Below are positions 11,101-20,600 of a stretch of DNA of 52,169 bases, in pieces. The position numbers were made by a program, and so were the translations under genes. Position 1 is the first letter of the stretch. The number at the start of each line of letters is the position of its first letter. This DNA is from Candidatus Eiseniibacteriota bacterium. Lineage in GTDB: Bacteria; Omnitrophota; Gorgyraeia; 2-02-FULL-51-18. The stretch is taken from positions 1-52,169 of the forward strand of contig DATJEK010000131.1 of NCBI GenBank assembly GCA_035496715.1, in the 5' to 3' direction. The notes under the pieces are model-generated. The model had not been told where the DNA came from, searched no databases, and worked only from the letters and a program-made list of their open reading frames with translations.

Positions 11101-14100
11101 GAACTCGTACAGGTTGACCTCGCGGATGACCTGGCCGGTCCGGTGGTCGCGCAGAACGAGAATGTCGTTCAGCACCGACACGCCGCCGCCCGAAGACCCG
11201 AAACGGCGCTCCCTGAGATAGGCGTCGACCGTCCCGTTCGAAGCCTGGAAGGTCTCGCCGGGAAAGGCCGGTGTGGACGTGATCTCGTACGCGTGCACGG
11301 ATCGGCTCGCGACGTAAGGAAGCGCCTCCCCGCTGCCGGGGTTGGGCTGGACGAACGATTCGCGTCTGAGTTCGATCGAGAGATCGCCCACCTTCTGCGT
11401 CGTGATCGCCTCGACGGGGTTCTGCGCGGCGATCTCGTCGAAAGACTTGAGGCGGTTTTCCTGACCCGCGCCGACGGTCTGGTAGCGGCGCTCGGTCACG
11501 GTCTTGTCGGCGTCGTAGCGCGCCGTGAAGACGATGCGGCTCACCGCCCCTTCGGCCAGCTTGCGGCCGGTTTCGCGGTGATAGAAGGTCTCGCGGGCCG
11601 TGGCCTGCGTGACCAGCGGCCTTCCCTGGGCGTCGCGCCGGACCACCGTCGATTCGGTCACGGTGACCGCGTTCGAGGGCAGGAGTTCGCCCGGGATCGA
11701 GATCGTGCCGTCGCCGTTCAGGTCGCTCGGGTAGCCGACCGGAACCGTGCGCGTCTCGGTGGAACCGGTCAAGCGTCCCTGCGCATCGTACCGGTACGCC
11801 GTGACCGTGGTGACCGGGACCTCGGAACCCAAGAATCCGGTGCCCGTCACGCTGACGCTCTTTCGGAGGAGGCGGCCCTGGGCGTCGTATTCGTCGACGG
11901 TGACGGTGCGCTGCGTCGAGCGCACGGTCGAGCCCGCATACGCATTTTCGGAAACGATGCTCTGGACCTGGGTCACGGTGCGGCCGGAGCGCGTGACCGC
12001 GGTGACGTTCTCGTTCGGGGACGGCAGGCCCGTCTCGCGGATCTCCGTGAGGTTGCCCTGCGCGTCCTTTCGGGCGCTCGAGGTCCGGTACTGGGTCGTC
12101 AGGTCCGCGAGGACGGCATAGAGCTGACCCTGTTCGCGGTCGCCCGTCTGCGTGCGCAGCGCCTGCCGGATGTCGCCGGAAAGCACGCCGATCGCCGTGT
12201 CGTAGGCGGCCGTCCCGGGCTGATACGTCACACGCCGGGTTTCGCTGCCGCTTTCCTCCTGCGTGAAGAGGATCGTCCGGTTCGACGGCAGATAGACGTA
12301 GGTCTGCTTGAAGGGCACCGCGCCGCCCGAGCTCGACCGCCCCTTCGTGCGGATCACGATGATGCTGTCCGCGTCGAAAAGACCCCGCGTGATGCGGACG
12401 TTGAAGTCGCCGACGCGGACCGAGATGTCGGTGATCGCGGCGCGGTACGACTCGAGCTCGGCGATCACCGTCTGGATCTGGGCGGCGCGGGCTGCGTCGG
12501 GGACGGCGAGGAAATACGCGCGTCCCTGGCGGGCCTGAGCCAGAGCCTCGTCGAGCCTCGCGTCGTAGGCCGCCGTGCCGGGATTCAGGACCTCTTCATG
12601 GTCGGGGAAAAACTGGCCGTAGCGGTAGGTCAGGGCCTTCGTGGTCCGGTTGAACTCGTACTCGCGCTTCGCGCCCGAATCGCGCAGATAGAGGCGCGCG
12701 TCGCCCCGCTCGATCGCGAGCAGCCCCGACGTGTAGGAAGGGATCGGCGGAGCCGCGTTCAGCTCGTAGTTGATCAGGAAATTGCCCGAATCGCTGCGGA
12801 ACGATTCGACCTCGGCGATCAGCGAGTCGAGCTCGCGCACGCGCGCGGCGCCGGCGGCGCCCTGGGCGAGGAAATACTCGCGCTCGCGCCCGGCGATGAA
12901 TTCGATCTTGTCGATTTCGTTGTTGTACGCGGGCTCCCGCGTGTCGAACACGTGCGTCCCGCCGTAACCGGCCTGGAGGGTGATGACGTGCGTCGCGCGG
13001 TTGACGGTGAAAACCTCTCCGGACGACGGGCGGGCGCGGGAAACGACGAGATCGGCGCCCGTGCGGGCGGCCCGGTACGAAAACTCGTCCGCGAGGAAAA
13101 ATCCGGTGTCGAAATTGCCGACGACGGGATTCGAGACCTCGACCGCGTTGACGGTGACGTCGACCGGCACGTCGGTGCCCTTCTCGAACAGGGTTTCCGA
13201 GAGCGTGGCCTCCTGGCCGCCGATTTTTCGGCTGACCGTGACGCGGTCGGGAGGAGTGAGGAGGACCCGCGCGGGCGCCGGCAGCTGCGACTCCTGGCCC
13301 GAGGCAACGAGGCTCATCCACGTTTTCTCGGTCGTCTTGTCGTCCGCGTAGCCGAATTGCCGCACGGTCTGGAGCGTCGTGAAGTTTTCGATCACGCTTC
13401 CGGCGGGCGTTTCGGCGAAATAGCGCTGCGTCTCGACGATCTCGAGCGGACGGCCCTGCGCGTCCGAGCGGAGCACCCTTCCCTCCGTCTGCCGCACGAA
13501 AACCGCGGGGATCCCTTCGTTTCCTTCGATCACTCCGTTGTGGTTCAAATCGCGCGAGAGGACGCCTTCGATCGCGGAGCGCGAGGAGGTGCCGGTCAAT
13601 GCCCCTTGGGCGTTGTAGCGATAGGTCTTGGTTTCGTTCACCGTCGTCCCGAGATATCCCGTGCCTTCGGTGCGGATCGTCTCCGAGACGAGGCGGCCGT
13701 TCTGAAAGACCCGCCGCGCCGTGATCGTCTGAGTCGAGACGCCCGCGTAGGGCGAGGTCGTCTTGGTAAACTGCGTCCGGGTGACCACGCCCGGTTCGTA
13801 ACGGTAGGTCACTTTGAATTCGTTCCCGGTGTCCGGGAACGCGCGCGAGAGTTCGGACAGGCGGCCCTGGGAATCCAGCGTCGCGCGGTCGGTGTTCCGG
13901 GTCTCCGAGAGCGCGCGCGTGTAGACATATCCCACCGTGTAAGAGCCCGTCTGACGCCCGTGATCGAACGTCTTGACCGACACGATTTCGGGGCGCTGGG
14001 GCACGCCGTAGGCGTCGTTCTGCGACGCGTAGCGCGTCTCTTTGGAAAGCGAAGGCTGCGTCTCGCTCGGGGCCTGATGGAGCTCGGTCTTTTTCGAGAG

Positions 14101-17100
14101 ATCGTAGGCGAAGGCGCCCGTGGCGTATTCCAGGCGCTCCACGTCGACTTCCTTGAGCGTGCCGATCGGGGTCGGAAAGAGCGACGTGACGGCGCTCTGG
14201 GTGATCTGACCCTGGCCGTTCAGCGTATAAACGGCGTCGCGCGTGAAAGCGAGCGCGCCGTAATTATAGGACTGCGCGATCCTCGCCGTCTCGTCCACGT
14301 GATAACCCGCGGCCCGGCCCGAGGCGTCGAAAACGTAGGTTTTGACCGCGCGCGATTCGAGGACGCCCTGGCGGCTCTTCACCTCGGTCGTCTCGACGGC
14401 GACGGGAGGCGTCAGCGAGGGGCCGCGGCCCGAGCCGTACACCGGGCGATACGTGAAGCTCTGCGTCTTGATCGTGTCCGAGCTCGGGAAGCGGCCCGCG
14501 CCGAAGGTCTTGTCCTCGGTGACGACCCGGTCGATCTGCTGGCCGTACGGGGACGTGTAAAACGTGGTCTTGAACGAGGAGCTCTGCAGCTCTCCCCCGA
14601 CCGTCCGGGTCACCGACTCCGTCGGGTTGCCGGCCGCGTCGAAGCCGAACGTCGTGAGGACGGACACGGACGCGCCGTTTTCGCGGAAAGTCTCTTCGCG
14701 TGAAACCACGACCGGGGACTGGAAGAAATGCCCGTCGAGCGTGTTGGACTTGCGGATGACGACACGGTCTTCGGTATGGGTCTGCGTCTGAGGCGCGCTG
14801 AGCGCGGCCTGCAGGGTCGAATCGGAGCGAAGCGCGGCCGGTGCCGGCGAGGACGGCTCGACGTCGATCGGAGCCTGTTCCAGGTAACTCACGTGCACGA
14901 TGTCCGAAACCGGCGCCTGGACCGTGGCGGCGACGATGCGCTTCTCGAGCGTGTCGAAGCCGAGCGGCGTGAAATTATTCTTGGAGGACAGCCTGGCGCC
15001 CTGGGCACCGTCCGTTCCGCCCGGAGGAGGCTCCTGGGCGAGCGTCCGACGGGCGTCGAGAAGCGTCCGGGGCTCGCCTTGACGCAGGACCAGGCCGATC
15101 ACCAGGGACTCGAGGAGCGCCGCCGCCAGCGCGACGGCCGCGAAATAATCGCGGTCCGAACGCATCCACTCCGCCCGGCCCAGGACCTCGCCGTCCCGGG
15201 TTTCCGTCAGAGAGAGGCGCTCGTCGCGGACGTAGCGGACCGCCAGCTCCCGGTCGAAGCGCGTGATCAAAAGGTCGAGCGCGCCGGCGCGCAACGTCAG
15301 CCGTGCGACGAAGCTGTCGCCGCCGTAGAGCTCGACGCGGCGCTGTCCGTCCGAGGTCTCGAACGGGGCGGTTTCGGTGTCCTTGGGCCTGGCGAAACGG
15401 TCCGGGGTCCGAACCGGTCTTTCTTCCCGCGGAAGCGGGGTTCCCGTGCCGGCTTCGGCCGAAGGGGCGGCGGCGGGAGCGTTCACGATCGCCGGCGCCC
15501 CGTCCGGCACGCGGCCGAACGGAAATTCGGCCGCGGGATCGAAACGGCGGATCACGCGCTGCCAGTCGGCGAGAGGATCCTCCGCGCGCGGCGCGACGAT
15601 TTCGGGCTTTTGGGGCGCGGGCTCGTTCTGCCCGGTCACCGGCAGCGGAGACGACAGGAGAACGGCGGCGGTCAGCGCCTTGAGGGCGTTCCACCTGCGG
15701 GCCTGGAAAGAGGCCAGGCGGGCACCCTCGGCCGGCGGGACCGGCGGAACGCCGCCCTGACCCCCCTGGATCAGATCCCCGAGCTCGTTGGCGGGCCGGC
15801 GGTGATCCGTCTGGAGACGGGCCACCACCTCTTGAAGGATCGGCCGTTCCCGAAGCGGCAGGATGCCCTTTTTATCGGCCGCGCCGGCCGTGTCGCCCGC
15901 GGGCGGTTTCTGCCCGAGGAGGATTCTCTCGTAACGGGCACGGTTGGTTTCGTGCAGCACCTGCGGAGTGATGAGGACGTAGGAGATCCCGCTCTCCTTG
16001 AAAATCGACGTCAGGTTCGGGGAATGGTAGCCGCCGGCGACGAAGACGGCCTTCGTCTGGCGCTCGGCGTCCATCTTCGCCGAGATGTTCCGCGCGAACG
16101 CGCGGTCCCTGCGGTAGGTGAGCTCGTAAAAGCGCTCGGCCTGTTTCACGAACGCGTCGAACTCCGGGTCGAGGAACACGGCCTTCTCGTAGCGGCTCTT
16201 CAGGTCCATGATCTTGCGGTTCACGAAACCGGTGAGCGGCACGACGCCGAACTCGGCTGAATCGGCGCGCCAGGCGGCGAAATCCTCGGGCGTCATCGTC
16301 AGCTCCAGCAGGCTGCGCAGGCGCCGGACCGACCGGTCCGCGCGGCAAAGGTCGGCCTCGTCCGCGGTCACGGCGAGCGCGGCGTAAAGGCGCTCCTCCA
16401 GAGCCGACATCTCGCGCACGACGCTCTTCGGGTCGAGCTCCTCCCCCGCGCGGAGGTAGCGCAAAAATTTACCGAGCTCGGGATAGCCCTCGAGGCCGCC
16501 GGCTTTCTCTTCGAGGAGGGCGTAGAACGCTTTTTCCTCCTGACGGTCGCGGCTCGAAATGCGGAACGGCGACCGGGAACCCGCGGACGCCAGGAGAGAC
16601 TTGAGCTGGGCCTCGCCGAGACCGGCCAGGAGCTTCTCCTGCTCGAGGTTTGCGGCCTTGAAATCGATGCCGTCTTCGAGCGACTTGAGATTTTTCAATT
16701 GGCGCAGGTGCGGGTAGGCGGCCAGGCTGACGCCGTTTTCCGAGGCGGCGCCGGAGAGGATGCCGGCGTATTCGACGGACGAGAGCTCTTCGCGGGAGAA
16801 CGCGGCGCGGCGGGCGTCGAGCGTCAGGAGGGCGCGGTTCAGCACGCGCGGCTTGAGCGCCTCGACGGCGGCGGAGATCTCCTCGAGATAGGCCTCGAAA
16901 CGGGCGCGCCCCGAGGCGATCCCCCGGTACACGGCCAGCGATTCCCAGTACAGGTCCTTGTCCTCGACGCCCCAGAGACGGAAATCGTGGTCCGAAGTCA
17001 GGTCCAGGTATTCGCTGCCGCTGACCTGCCCCTGCTTGAGGTAGGACAACGCCACCTTCTCGCGCCGCGCGGGCGTGCCCAGGACGCGGGCGAACGTCAG

Positions 17101-17430
17101 CGAGTCGTCGCCGGTGCCGGCTTCGAGGAAGACGAATTTGATTTTTTCCTTCTTGAAAATGATGTCGAGCGCGGCGGCCGTGTTCAGCTGGCAGGAATCG
17201 TTGGTGTGTGCGTCGCGCACGAGATAGACGGTCTTGTCGTTGCGGGTCGGGCGATAGGAATCTTCGATGAGAGCGACCGAATGCGGAAAGCGGAAGGCCG
17301 TGGGAACGGAAGCGGAAAGCGCCAGGTCCGCGGGCGGCTGGATCGTGCCGGCCATCGCGGCCTCGTTCAGGAAAAATGCGTTCACCAGTAGGGCTGCGAC
17401 GACGCGCACGGCTTTGCGGGTTTTTCTCAT
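8146..17430 (-). CDS. giant protein 1 (~3,094 aa from ATG 17430; ORF opens at TTG 17478): signal peptide, conserved N-domain, TM hairpin, YD-repeat-like region, conserved C-domain
   Basis: A single frame carries [27 protein letters not shown], paralogy with giant protein 2 at both termini, multiple YxYDxxGRL-like repeats and 3 GARL[A/S] motifs. AAGGA lies 10 nt upstream of ATG 17430. Confidence 0.85.
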   Translation of the reverse strand: MRKTRKAVRVVAALLVNAFFLNEAAMAGTIQPPADLALSASVPTAFRFPHSVALIEDSYRPTRNDKTVYLVRDAHTNDSCQLNTAAALDIIFKKEKIKFVFLEAGTGDDSLTFARVLGTPARREKVALSYLKQGQVSGSEYLDLTSDHDFRLWGVEDKDLYWESLAVYRGIASGRARFEAYLEEISAAVEALKPRVLNRALLTLDARRAAFSREELSSVEYAGILSGAASENGVSLAAYPHLRQLKNLKSLEDGIDFKAANLEQEKLLAGLGEAQLKSLLASAGSRSPFRISSRDRQEEKAFYALLEEKAGGLEGYPELGKFLRYLRAGEELDPKSVVREMSALEERLYAALAVTADEADLCRADRSVRRLRSLLELTMTPEDFAAWRADSAEFGVVPLTGFVNRKIMDLKSRYEKAVFLDPEFDAFVKQAERFYELTYRRDRAFARNISAKMDAERQTKAVFVAGGYHSPNLTSIFKESGISYVLITPQVLHETNRARYERILLGQKPPAGDTAGAADKKGILPLRERPILQEVVARLQTDHRRPANELGDLIQGGQGGVPPVPPAEGARLASFQARRWNALKALTAAVLLSSPLPVTGQNEPAPQKPEIVAPRAEDPLADWQRVIRRFDPAAEFPFGRVPDGAPAIVNAPAAAPSAEAGTGTPLPREERPVRTPDRFARPKDTETAPFETSDGQRRVELYGGDSFVARLTLRAGALDLLITRFDRELAVRYVRDERLSLTETRDGEVLGRAEWMRSDRDYFAAVALAAALLESLVIGLVLRQGEPRTLLDARRTLAQEPPPGGTDGAQGARLSSKNNFTPLGFDTLEKRIVAATVQAPVSDIVHVSYLEQAPIDVEPSSPAPAALRSDSTLQAALSAPQTQTHTEDRVVIRKSNTLDGHFFQSPVVVSREETFRENGASVSVLTTFGFDAAGNPTESVTRTVGGELQSSSFKTTFYTSPYGQQIDRVVTEDKTFGAGRFPSSDTIKTQSFTYRPVYGSGRGPSLTPPVAVETTEVKSRQGVLESRAVKTYVFDASGRAAGYHVDETARIAQSYNYGALAFTRDAVYTLNGQGQITQSAVTSLFPTPIGTLKEVDVERLEYATGAFAYDLSKKTELHQAPSETQPSLSKETRYASQNDAYGVPQRPEIVSVKTFDHGRQTGSYTVGYVYTRALSETRNTDRATLDSQGRLSELSRAFPDTGNEFKVTYRYEPGVVTRTQFTKTTSPYAGVSTQTITARRVFQNGRLVSETIRTEGTGYLGTTVNETKTYRYNAQGALTGTSSRSAIEGVLSRDLNHNGVIEGNEGIPAVFVRQTEGRVLRSDAQGRPLEIVETQRYFAETPAGSVIENFTTLQTVRQFGYADDKTTEKTWMSLVASGQESQLPAPARVLLTPPDRVTVSRKIGGQEATLSETLFEKGTDVPVDVTVNAVEVSNPVVGNFDTGFFLADEFSYRAARTGADLVVSRARPSSGEVFTVNRATHVITLQAGYGGTHVFDTREPAYNNEIDKIEFIAGREREYFLAQGAAGAARVRELDSLIAEVESFRSDSGNFLINYELNAAPPIPSYTSGLLAIERGDARLYLRDSGAKREYEFNRTTKALTYRYGQFFPDHEEVLNPGTAAYDARLDEALAQARQGRAYFLAVPDAARAAQIQTVIAELESYRAAITDISVRVGDFNVRITRGLFDADSIIVIRTKGRSSSGGAVPFKQTYVYLPSNRTILFTQEESGSETRRVTYQPGTAAYDTAIGVLSGDIRQALRTQTGDREQGQLYAVLADLTTQYRTSSARKDAQGNLTEIRETGLPSPNENVTAVTRSGRTVTQVQSIVSENAYAGSTVRSTQRTVTVDEYDAQGRLLRKSVSVTGTGFLGSEVPVTTVTAYRYDAQGRLTGSTETRTVPVGYPSDLNGDGTISIPGELLPSNAVTVTESTVVRRDAQGRPLVTQATARETFYHRETGRKLAEGAVSRIVFTARYDADKTVTERRYQTVGAGQENRLKSFDEIAAQNPVEAITTQKVGDLSIELRRESFVQPNPGSGEALPYVASRSVHAYEITSTPAFPGETFQASNGTVDAYLRERRFGSSGGGVSVLNDILVLRDHRTGQVIREVNLYEFVYFPAFVQPGGIRFTPDGRFLTAAFDRNENAPAPQSAHFLVLNAQNGAKVADFDLFGIKSRQVTELRNDSVVLSYQAATILNPNGTAPRTDTFTFVGAAGKVLAVSGSTQVILEKVKEPGTATYPFITENIALRDTATGAVTRTALNRYQDIPPALSAALDRAQAAQFAPGRKHVLVTSAFNSPLAAAERDNAVVLEAATGRVKVDVAAAVGSDIQIVRIVRLDARSLTLTYRTVTAGYQLGPETTRTFAFERETPLPSSYSAVFPGFKLDRQGNVITLISGYGRTSTGIDIYTLDLDLNTVRGQSLGGTYTYDPRTTRAEYFEIMRRLPPVGEAALPNETDPGRRAILESFLSSVGDMIRRAEATRPLPPAPHDKPAPTEKPQTPSAEKPQTPPAKEPAKTPAAMGPAPLQGALSGSFFASGRVIDFPPIQVPAAPDARARIFAELAGTPRPLRAPDAFSGGSGEIRPEAAFAALWRQASPELSGLIARLLASPGVEFSSGRTVEGNTQIEARLNGRLIASVELDASGNVVRVDGRPVTGPRQAQEKLSEQIRRILRALRLVPAADVFATDRLLAATDLFNGLDFTSIDVDAREDLFAGAFLIAGLASAEKTREEKKKEGEKKPGPAGARLAEDALGKFSEPDTLALTAFVLEVFRAQELKTSRSELALRLSREVSAVFSIRQGPAGQVELFARGDDRALLSIADARGELQRLHDRFKEADRDRLTTQGALALLAAAAMRAQVSLAEIKEPAAPLGLEVPVDAMNAIADTAEFKAQTQLLFAQIAKKHENPRYRKGTTFFLVGLDKLTEARRSIVRATALQAVSAIRDGAFIREGAAGADFQGVVVKMFDPSDGRAAARGDARTIHLPVGGFDDEALYGWSELFDTASAAGSFFSGYFDASRNTIRYAEVETGKFPEGLFQYYKTRAENPPQGPEVLVRIFSGLAGQKELVSYRFLLPVIRRIPVNLLISTAEHMLRAVGVAA
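8149..9216 (-). other. giant 1 module 4 (aa 2755-3110): conserved C-terminal domain
   Basis: It begins right at GARLA 2755 and is collinear with giant 2 aa 10365-10712. Confidence 0.7.
9920..9967 (-). repeat. short tandem duplication (24-nt period) encoding TEKPQTP/AEKPQTP in a P/K/T-rich linker
   Basis: On the plus strand, ggcgtctgcggtttctc (from 9920) recurs as ggcgtctgaggtttctc (from 9944), 16 of 17 identical. It sits inside the linker [30 protein letters not shown]. Confidence 0.6.
12079..13020 (-). repeat. about 2.5 tandem protein repeats of ~120-130 aa in giant 1 (aa ~1487-1800)
   Basis: The units share F.(V/F)NR.T..(I/L)T, P(G)(T)AAY(D/N), YFLA and (L/V)IAE(V/L)ES(F/Y)R, for example [35 protein letters not shown] against [36 protein letters not shown]. 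Confidence 0.55.
15001..15726 (-). other. giant 1 module 2 (aa 585-826): two-TM hairpin module
   Basis: [19 protein letters not shown] (aa ~595-613) and [21 protein letters not shown] (aa ~778-798). It has the same layout as giant 2 module 19 and is bounded by GARLA 585 and GARLS 827. Confidence 0.6.
15727..17430 (-). other. giant 1 module 1 (aa ~17-584): signal peptide plus conserved N-domain
   Basis: [34 protein letters not shown] and [12 protein letters not shown] are collinear with giant 2 module 1. The module ends at GARLA aa 585, against 581 in giant 2. Confidence 0.65.
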
Positions 17431-17478
17431 GGCCTGGTGATCCTTTGTCAAAAGCGGTTTTTCGTCAGCTTTTGGCAA

Positions 17479-17686
17479 CCCGGCCCGTCTCGAAAGACCC
17501 CGTCGGCTTTGCGCACACCTTGCGGCGTTTGCCCTTTACAAAAGCAAAACTTTCAATAACCAATTTTAAAAGAGCTTAAGTGATTGAAGTTTACGTGACA
17601 AGCGAACTTCTTTCAAGATCTTTATTAAGTTTTTTGGTTGAAATTATTGTTAAATCTTGGAAAGAAATGATTTCTTTTAAAAAGAA
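17479..17686 (-). promoter_or_regulatory. AT-rich intergenic island between the two giant genes; candidate sigma70-like promoter at 17588-17616
   Basis: There is a sharp drop in GC relative to the flanking sequence. The minus strand reads TTGAAA-N17-TAAACT (-35 at 17611-17616, -10 at 17588-17593), about 160 nt upstream of ATG 17430. Confidence 0.3.
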
Positions 17687-20600
17687 CTACGCAGACATGC
17701 CAACGGCGCGAAGCGCCAGGCGGGCACCCTGGAGCAGGACGCTGACGGGGATTTTTTTGGCCACGGGCAGAAGGAAGCGGAAACGGCTGTACTCGTCGCG
17801 GCGCGCCGCGCCGCTGAAAAGACGCACGAGCGTCGCCGCGTCGGGCAGGCGGTTCTCGGCATTTTCATTGTAGTACGCATAGATCTTGGGATCGACGCCT
17901 TCGAAGCGGATCTTACCGGTCCCCTCGTCGATGCGGTAGAAAGCCGCGGCCGCGCTGCCGAGACGGAACGCCTTGTTCCAGGCCAGCAGCGAATCCCCTT
18001 CCGAAGTCAGACCGCCGACGGGCACGTACACCGTGCGGCCGTTGTCGGCGCCCTCGGGGCGGCCGGCTTCGGCGTCGAAGAGATCCACGAGCGTGCCTTC
18101 GAAGTCCGCCGGGACCGAGGCCGTGAACGCTTTCTCCGAAAGCACCGACGCCTTGAGCTTCTCGAGGAGCTCGGACTGCCAGCCGGTCAATGAAGCGCCT
18201 CCGGTCAGCGCGAAACGCACGGACACGCCTTCCTTGCGGAAGAAATTATGGTGCGCGGCGGCCTGCGCGGCCATGAGGCGGAACTGCGCCTCGAACTTCT
18301 GCGGATCGCCGACGCGCGCGAAATAGTCGAGCGGCACGCGGAAGAGAACGGGAGCGCCCGCCTCCTTCTCGACGGCCGGCAGCGCGATCGAGGCGTTGAG
18401 GTCGCTCGTCTGCAGGAGGCCGTGCACGAACTGAGCGGTGACGGTTTCCGCATCGCCCTCGGAGCGGGCCCGGTCACGCAGGCGGGCATACGCGCCCTGC
18501 GGGTCGGGAATCGATAGGAGCGTTTCCTCGGCGCCGCCGGGGGCGACGTATTTGAGGCGCAGCTCGGCGCCGCCGGTCCCGCGGCCTTCTTCCAGGCGAA
18601 GCACGCGCGCGAAGCGCTCCTCGAGCTCCATCGCGAACGGCAGGCCGCGCTTTTCTTTCTGGGCCGCCCACAGCTCGAGCGCGAAGACGCCCAGCGCCTC
18701 GGTCTGGGCGGGCTCGAGCGCCAGCCGCGCGCCCTCGCCGTCCTTGCGGGACGCCTGTCGCTCGCGGCGCTGCCGCTGGATGCGCGCCTTGACCGGGGAT
18801 TCGACGTACTCCCGGTAGTCGGCGGAACGCTCGATCAGCCCGCGGGCCATGTTGACGGCGCTCAGATCCGTCCGGTCGATCTTCGGGTTCCTGAAAAGAC
18901 GCGCCAGGCGCGGGCCGTCGGTGAGGCGGCTCAGGAATTTGCCGATCGGGATCTTGTTGGGCGACATGCTCGCGTAGACCGGCACCGAATACTTGCGCCG
19001 GAGATAGTCGGTGAAGAGAATGAACTTTTCGCTGCCGGCGATCTCGCCGCAGAACCCGACGTCTTTCGCGGGCCGGTCGCGGTGCGCGGCGTTGTGGCGC
19101 GCGACCGAACCGACGATCGCGTCGATCGCGCGGAGGACCTGGGGATGGAGCTTCGCGAAGAGGTCGCCCAGCTCCGGGAGGTCCCGGCTGATGGCCACCT
19201 TCGCCCCGCCCTTCTGGGCGACGGCCTGCGTGAACACGTCGGAGATGACCTCGGCCGTCAGGTCGTTGGTCCCCACGCTCACGAAACCGGAGAGCGGGTG
19301 CTCGAGCAGTGCGTCCAGGTTCCGGTACGCGTCCACGGTCTCGACCATGATGCCGAAGAGCACGCTCTTGCGGACGGCGAGGAGCTTGTCTCCGCCCGTG
19401 ACCCCGACCGCGGCGTCGATCGCCTCCGGCAGGATCTCTTTTTCGAGATAATCCAGATCTTCCGTTCGGCGGACCATCGGGACCATGATCCGCAGTTCCG
19501 GCCGGCGGTCCGCCGGCAGGGCCGCCTGGGCCGAGTACAGTGCCGCGACCTGCCGGATCAGCAGCTCGCGCCCCAGCGGCGTCCGGTAGAAGTCGAAACC
19601 GGTGACGGGGCTCGTGTCGCCGCTGCGTTCCTGGAGCTTTCTGGCGGCGCCGAGGATGTTCTGGTTCTTGTCTTCCTGCAGGTCCATCAGGCGGAACGTC
19701 ACTTTCTTCCCGGCCAGATAGTCCCTCGAAAGGATCGCGCGGTACTGGTCCATGAGCTCGGCCAGGAATTCGTCCAGACGGCGCTCGCGTTCCGCGGGCT
19801 CGTCCCCGTTCAGCGCGTGGCGGATCAGGGTGTCGATCAGGATTTCCATCTGCGGACCCCAGATCTCCGTCCGCACGAGGCCGATGCCGTCGGCGAAGTT
19901 CTCCTCGAGACCCTCGGCGTGGTCGGCGGTGATGTTCGCGCGCAGCGGGAACGGCGTCGTCCGCGAAGCGAACCGCCGGGCCATCTCGTTCGTCTTCTCC
20001 TGGCGGTATTTCCGGATCTCGAGCTCCTCGACCCGCTCGGCGGAAGGCTCGATGAAGGCCTGGCTCTCGCCCTTGCTCTTCTTCGTGCTCAGGATCACCG
20101 TGTCGCCGACTTTCAGCGTGTCCAGGAGGCGTTTCTGGGCGGGGTCCGTCAGAAGGACCACCGCGGGCGGATTGATGAAGCTCTGCGAGACGATGACCCA
20201 GTGGCTCGAGAGCGTGGCGCTCGTCGTGATGATGCCCTTGATGCGCGTGCCGTAACGGGTCCAGATCCGGTTGATGCTGGTGACGTCCATGTTGTCACGC
20301 ACGACGAGCACCACCGGCTCGTGGTCCGCCCCGAAGCGCAGTTGATGCGTCTCGGCCTCGCGTTCGGCCGAGGACACCTGCGCCGCGATCACCTGGCGGA
20401 AGAGATCGACGACGTCGTTCAGCGTCCCCCGCAGATGCCCGACGGCCTTGCGGCGCAGCGTATAGTAGCGCTTGATCAGCATGTCCTCGTAGATCAGGCT
20501 GGCGAGATTGCGGTTTTCGCGGAGCATGCGGGCGCGCAGTTCGAGGCGCTTCTGCGGCGTCCCGACGTACTGGACGCGGAAACCCTCGAGCAGGCTGATG

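Larger units (their letters stand above)
9217..15000 (-). other. giant 1 module 3 (aa 827-2754): YD-repeat-like beta-rich cargo with internal duplications
   Basis: [64 protein letters not shown] and LDRQGNV are spread over aa ~945-2410. I did not see a canonical Rhs core-end motif. Confidence 0.6.

Noticed and set aside
17660-17700. AT-only palindromes just downstream of the giant 2 stop (ttcttttTaaaagaa and agaaatCatttct on the minus strand) as a possible intrinsic terminator
   Set aside because: The stems are short, AT-only and have 1-nt loops, and there is no GC-rich stem followed by a U-tract, so this is not a credible rho-independent terminator.
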